64,000 nucleotides of DNA, taken from Candidatus Magasanikiibacteriota bacterium. GTDB lineage: Bacteria > Patescibacteriota > Patescibacteriia > Magasanikbacterales > GWA2-37-8. The stretch is from the NCBI GenBank assembly GCA_963802255.1, contig CAWDHY010000001.1:363842-427841 (forward strand), written 5' to 3'. Positions 60,042-64,000 of this stretch are shown here, piece by piece. The translations under genes were made by a program, and so were the position numbers. The notes beneath the pieces were generated by a model, which ran no database searches, was not told where the DNA came from, and saw only the letters and a program-made list of their open reading frames with translations. Positions within the stretch are counted from its first letter, which is position 1, and each line of letters begins with the position of its first letter.

Positions 60042-61343
60042 ATGATTAACTCATTATTCATAAAATTAAACAAGTTTGTACCGGAAAAATGGAAGTGGGT
60101 ATTAGAACACGCTGGTTTTAAAAGATATTTTACCAATACCGGTTGGATGTTTTTTGGGCAGATGTTTTCTCTGGTTATCTCCTTTTTTATCGGCGCTTGG
60201 CTGGCGCGGTATTTAGGTCCGGAAAATTACGGCATCATTAGTTACGCGGTGGCATTTGTTGGGTTGTTCACATTCATTGCGTACCTTGGAGTTCACAATA
60301 TTTTATTGCGTGATTTAGTTAAATATCCGGAAAGAAAAAATGAATTATTGGGCACAAGTTTTTGGATATTATTTATTAGCAGTACGGTTGCTTTTTTCTT
60401 AATAGTGCTCGCGGCTTTTTTGTTCGAACCGACCGCGTTAAACCGTGGTTTGATAATTTTATACGCATCAACATTTTTGTGGTCTGCCTTTGGTATAATT
60501 AGTATTTTTTTTCAATCGACTGTACAGGCAAAAAAAAATGTTCTCGCCGCTGTAATTTCCGGCATAGTTGCGTCAATTTTAAAGATTATTTTAATTATTA
60601 CGGGGAAAGGAATTATCTGGTTGATGGCTATCTTTGTTATTGAATCATTGGTAATTTTAGTATTGTATATATCAAATTATAGAAAGAGCGGTTATAAGCT
60701 CAGTGACTGGAAGTTCAATCGTGAATTGGCAAAGCAAATTTTATCTGGCGCCTGGCTTTTGGCTCTGGCGGCGGCCGCCGGATATATATTTTTGCGTGTT
60801 GACCAAGTGATGATCAGAAATTTTTTAAATGAAACTTCGGTCGGGCTTTATGCCGCCGCTTTGCGATTAGTTGAAATTTGGTATTTTATTCCTGGAATAA
60901 TTTGTGCCTCTTTATTTCCCGCGATTATAAACGCCAAAAAAACGGAAGAAAAGAAATATTTGAGTCGATTAAAAAAACTTTATATTCTATTGGGTGGTAT
61001 TGCGGTGCTTATCGCAATTTTTCTTTCTGTTTTTTCCTACCGGATAGTTACTTTGTTGTTTGGTAGCGCATATATTGAGTCAGCTGCCATTCTTAAAATT
61101 TACGCATGGTCAGGCGTCGGTTATTTTTTAAATGTTGGTTTTTATCAATTTTTTCTTGCGGAAAACCGGTTAAAAGCAATTTTTTATTTTTATCTTTTTT
61201 TGATGATAATCAATATCGTTTTAAATTATGTTTTTATTTCCAGATTCGGTCTTATGGGCGCAGCCTGGGCCACGATGATTGCTTATCTATCCGGTCCGCT
61301 AATCTATATATTTTTAAGAAAAATTAACAATAGTTATGTATAA
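60042..61343 (+). CDS. Oligosaccharide flippase, Wzx/MOP (polysaccharide biosynthesis protein) family
   Basis: About 12-14 TM helices, N-terminal …TGWMFFGQMFSLVISFFIGAWLARYLGPENYG typical of the PST family. Confidence 0.7.
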   Translation: MINSLFIKLNKFVPEKWKWVLEHAGFKRYFTNTGWMFFGQMFSLVISFFIGAWLARYLGPENYGIISYAVAFVGLFTFIAYLGVHNILLRDLVKYPERKNELLGTSFWILFISSTVAFFLIVLAAFLFEPTALNRGLIILYASTFLWSAFGIISIFFQSTVQAKKNVLAAVISGIVASILKIILIITGKGIIWLMAIFVIESLVILVLYISNYRKSGYKLSDWKFNRELAKQILSGAWLLALAAAAGYIFLRVDQVMIRNFLNETSVGLYAAALRLVEIWYFIPGIICASLFPAIINAKKTEEKKYLSRLKKLYILLGGIAVLIAIFLSVFSYRIVTLLFGSAYIESAAILKIYAWSGVGYFLNVGFYQFFLAENRLKAIFYFYLFLMIINIVLNYVFISRFGLMGAAWATMIAYLSGPLIYIFLRKINNSYV

Positions 61344-62295
61344 TTTTAATCAAAAAAAAGTGGCCATCCCGGGTGGCGGGGGGTTTTTTGGAAGTCATAT
61401 AATAAGTAATTTAGAAAAAAGAACGAATTGTGAAATCTTATCTCCCAGGAGATCAGAAGGCTGGGATTTTCGAAGGCTTGACGATTGCCGTCATTTTTTT
61501 GAAATTAACAAGCCTGACGTCGTTATTAATTGTGCGGCTTGGCAGGGCGGTATCGGTTTTCATAATGGAAAACAGGCCGACCTATATTATGACAATCTTT
61601 TGATGGGAACTTTTTTAATGAAGGCCGCGCAAGAAAATGGCGTTGAGAAATTTGTAAATATTATTGCCGGTTGTTCCTATCCTGGTTACCTGGAAAAGGA
61701 TGAATTAAATGAAGCTGATTATTGGAACGGCGAAGTGCATGAATCAATTTTTAGTTATGGATTTTCAAGAAAAACAACGGCCGTTTATGGTTTGGCATTA
61801 AAAAAGCAAATTAATTTTAATTCAATCCATTTGATAATGGCTAATATGTATGGTCCGGGAAAACATTTTAATCCTGAGCAAAGCAAAGCTCTGGCCGGTT
61901 TGATAAAAAAAATATACGAAGCAAAGAAAAATAATTTGCCTGAAGTTGAAATTTGGGGTACCGGCAGGCCGATTCGCGACTGGCTTTATGTCAAAGACGG
62001 AGCCGAAGGTGTTTTAAAAGCCACTGAATTATATGATGATGTTGCGCCACTCAATATTGCTTCCGGCGTAGGAATTTCCGTAATTGATCTTGCTGAATTA
62101 ATAAAGAAAACGGTTGGTTATGAGGGCGATTTTGTATTTAATACAGATAAACCAGATGGTGCGATGAAGAAGACTTTTGGTGTTTCAAAAATGCGGGAAA
62201 AATTAAATTGGTCACCTCAGACATCAATTGAAAATGGGCTTAAGGAAACTGTTGAATGGTTCGTTAATAATTATGATTATGCAATCGGTCACTAA
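61336..62295 (+). CDS. GDP-L-fucose synthase-like NAD(P)-dependent epimerase/reductase
   Basis: GGGGFFGSHI Rossmann motif, ...INCAAWQGGI..., AGCSYPGY (SxxxY-type catalytic region) as in Fcl/GMER. Confidence 0.65.
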   Translation: MYNFNQKKVAIPGGGGFFGSHIISNLEKRTNCEILSPRRSEGWDFRRLDDCRHFFEINKPDVVINCAAWQGGIGFHNGKQADLYYDNLLMGTFLMKAAQENGVEKFVNIIAGCSYPGYLEKDELNEADYWNGEVHESIFSYGFSRKTTAVYGLALKKQINFNSIHLIMANMYGPGKHFNPEQSKALAGLIKKIYEAKKNNLPEVEIWGTGRPIRDWLYVKDGAEGVLKATELYDDVAPLNIASGVGISVIDLAELIKKTVGYEGDFVFNTDKPDGAMKKTFGVSKMREKLNWSPQTSIENGLKETVEWFVNNYDYAIGH

Positions 62296-63055
62296 AAAAA
62301 TTCTCATTATCGGAGCCAAGGGAATGCTGGGAAATGATCTTGTTAATTTTTTTAGTTCAAGATATACCGTATGCGCCGTTGATAAAGATAACTACAACGA
62401 TCATATCGGCGAGACATTTGATATTCTAATAAATGCAAATGGGAATAGCCGTCGTTTTTGGGCAAATCAAAATCCGCAACAAGATTATGACGCGTCCGTC
62501 TTTTCAGTTGAAAAGACTTTAAATGATTTTAAATTTGATAAATATATATTTATTTCTAGCAGTGATGTTTATAATTTTCACGGAGATCCTATTAAAAATT
62601 TTGAGGATATACGGATAGAAGAAGAAAAATTGGAGCCCTATGGCCTGCATAAATATCAAGCTGAAAATTTGGTCAAAACATTGCCCTCTTATTTGATTTT
62701 ACGATGCAGCGCAATGCTTGGAACACACTTAACGAAAGGGGTCGTCAGAGATATTCTTGATAAAAAGGATTTATTTGTTACAACAGATAGTTTTATACAA
62801 TTCATAACCACGTCGGCAGTAGCAGAAGTTATTCATGGGTTGTTAAACGCTGGCATCAATAACGATATGTTTAATTGCGGTGGCAGAGGAAGCGTGGTGG
62901 TAAAAAATATCATGGAGTTGGCAGGTTATGAGAGCAGCATATTACCGGAAGCAAAAAAACAAGAGTATGAAATGAACGTCGATAAATTGAGCAGGATTTA
63001 TAATTTAAATGAATCTCAAGAATATCTCGTGAATTATTTAACAAATATTAACTAA
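62279..63055 (+). CDS. NAD-dependent epimerase/dehydratase family protein (RfbD-like short form)
   Basis: ILIIGAKGMLGNDL Rossmann motif; start MQSVTKK at 62279 overlaps the previous gene's end. Confidence 0.5.
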   Translation: MQSVTKKILIIGAKGMLGNDLVNFFSSRYTVCAVDKDNYNDHIGETFDILINANGNSRRFWANQNPQQDYDASVFSVEKTLNDFKFDKYIFISSSDVYNFHGDPIKNFEDIRIEEEKLEPYGLHKYQAENLVKTLPSYLILRCSAMLGTHLTKGVVRDILDKKDLFVTTDSFIQFITTSAVAEVIHGLLNAGINNDMFNCGGRGSVVVKNIMELAGYESSILPEAKKQEYEMNVDKLSRIYNLNESQEYLVNYLTNIN

Positions 63056-63062
63056 TATAAAT

Positions 63063-64000
63063 ATGGAAAAAAATTTTAAAAAAATACTTGTTACCGGAGG
63101 TGCTGGATATATTGGCAGTGTTTTAGTTAAAATACTGCTTGACAATGGGTATGAGGTTCGTGTTTTGGACCGTCTCGATTTTGGCGTAGACCCAATAATA
63201 CCATTTTTTGCTAATAGAAATTTTGAGTTTATAAAAGGAGATGTTCGCGATAAAGCTGTTTTGGAGAATTCAATAAATGGTATTGACGCCATAATTCATT
63301 TAGCTGGGATTGTCGGCTTTCCCGCTTGCCGTAAATTTCCGAAGGAATCCCGTGAAATCAATGTTGACGCTACAAAGTTATTAGTTGATCTTGTTGACGG
63401 CAAAAGGCCGATTTTATTTGCTTCTTCAGGCAGCACATATGGGAAAATGATTGAAAAGTTATGTACAGAATCCTCTCCACTAAATCCATTGACAAATTAT
63501 GGTGAGCATAAAGCGGAAGGGGAACAGATTATCGCGAAGAACGCCGAATTTGTTACATTTCGGTTTGCGACCGCTTTTGGCGTGTCACCGAGGATGCGCC
63601 TTGATTTAATGCCAAATGATTTCACGTACCGAGCAGTTAGTGAAAAAACGTTGATAGTATATGAAAAGCATTTCATGCGAACGTTTATTCATGTACGTGA
63701 TATGGCGAACTCTTTTTTGTTTGCTTTAGAAAATTATGAAAAAATGAAAGGCCAGGTTTATAATGTCGGTGATAATAGAATGAATTACAGTAAAGAAGAT
63801 GTTTGCTTAATGATAAAAAAGAAAATTGATTTTTATTTGCATTTTGCTGATGTTGGCCATGATTTTGACCAGCGTGATTATATGGTTTCTTACGACAAAA
63901 TACATGAATTGGGTTACAAGAATACAGTAAGCATGGAAGATGGAATTGATGAACTTATAAAGGTTTGTGAATTGATAAATATTAAGAATCATTATTATAA
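63063..64000 (+). CDS. NAD-dependent sugar epimerase/dehydratase (partial, runs off the window end)
   Basis: ILVTGGAGYIGSVLV Rossmann motif, ...YGEHKAEGE... (YxxxK); open to the last base; not in ORF track because it is truncated. Confidence 0.6.
   Translation, partial: MEKNFKKILVTGGAGYIGSVLVKILLDNGYEVRVLDRLDFGVDPIIPFFANRNFEFIKGDVRDKAVLENSINGIDAIIHLAGIVGFPACRKFPKESREINVDATKLLVDLVDGKRPILFASSGSTYGKMIEKLCTESSPLNPLTNYGEHKAEGEQIIAKNAEFVTFRFATAFGVSPRMRLDLMPNDFTYRAVSEKTLIVYEKHFMRTFIHVRDMANSFLFALENYEKMKGQVYNVGDNRMNYSKEDVCLMIKKKIDFYLHFADVGHDFDQRDYMVSYDKIHELGYKNTVSMEDGIDELIKVCELINIKNHYY

Overview
The window is an AT-rich, streamlined bacterial chromosome segment; its gene content and style resemble a Patescibacteria/CPR-like genome, but that is inferred, not verified. 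Housekeeping genes on the left arm are typA preceded by tRNA-Asp, the infC-rpmI-rplT operon, and smpB immediately followed by a complete tmRNA gene. The right half carries a peptidoglycan cluster (ATP-grasp/Nudix fusion, NlpC/P60-like, mraY, mpl/murC, murB, LtaS-like, PBP, murF) plus transketolase, a P-type ATPase, rlmN, queH, tsaE, and a surface-glycan cluster (two WaaL/Wzy_C-like proteins, GT4, Wzx, GDP-fucose synthase-like, epimerases). The outstanding feature is a ~14.6 kb block (about 11.75-26.35 kb) whose coding sequences are strongly GC-rich (GAC/ACC/TGC/GGC/GCC codons) while its intergenic spacers stay AT-rich. Those spacers carry near-consensus sigma70 promoters with extended -10 boxes, conserved leader hairpins and a conserved 3'-flank motif. 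This block encodes an FHA-domain membrane protein, two coiled-coil proteins with C-terminal beta-rich domains ending in an OMP-like beta-signal (one frameshifted), a membrane coiled-coil protein, and three paralogous lipoproteins. The lipoproteins consist of perfect Thr-Asp/Ser-Asp dipeptide repeat tracts (exact 12-nt and 48-nt DNA tandem repeats), Cys-rich modules and a shared C-terminal CWDxDWDG...PECC domain. The largest (21973-26213) contains a 909-bp near-identical tandem duplication and two +1 frameshifts inside repeat tracts. I read this as a length-variable surface lipoprotein family with outer-envelope partner proteins, possibly an O-glycosylation substrate set given the WaaL/PglL-like and GT4 genes immediately downstream. 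A second small GC-rich insert (51.34-52.46 kb) holds a two-gene cassette with a palindromic operator and 19-bp direct repeats.
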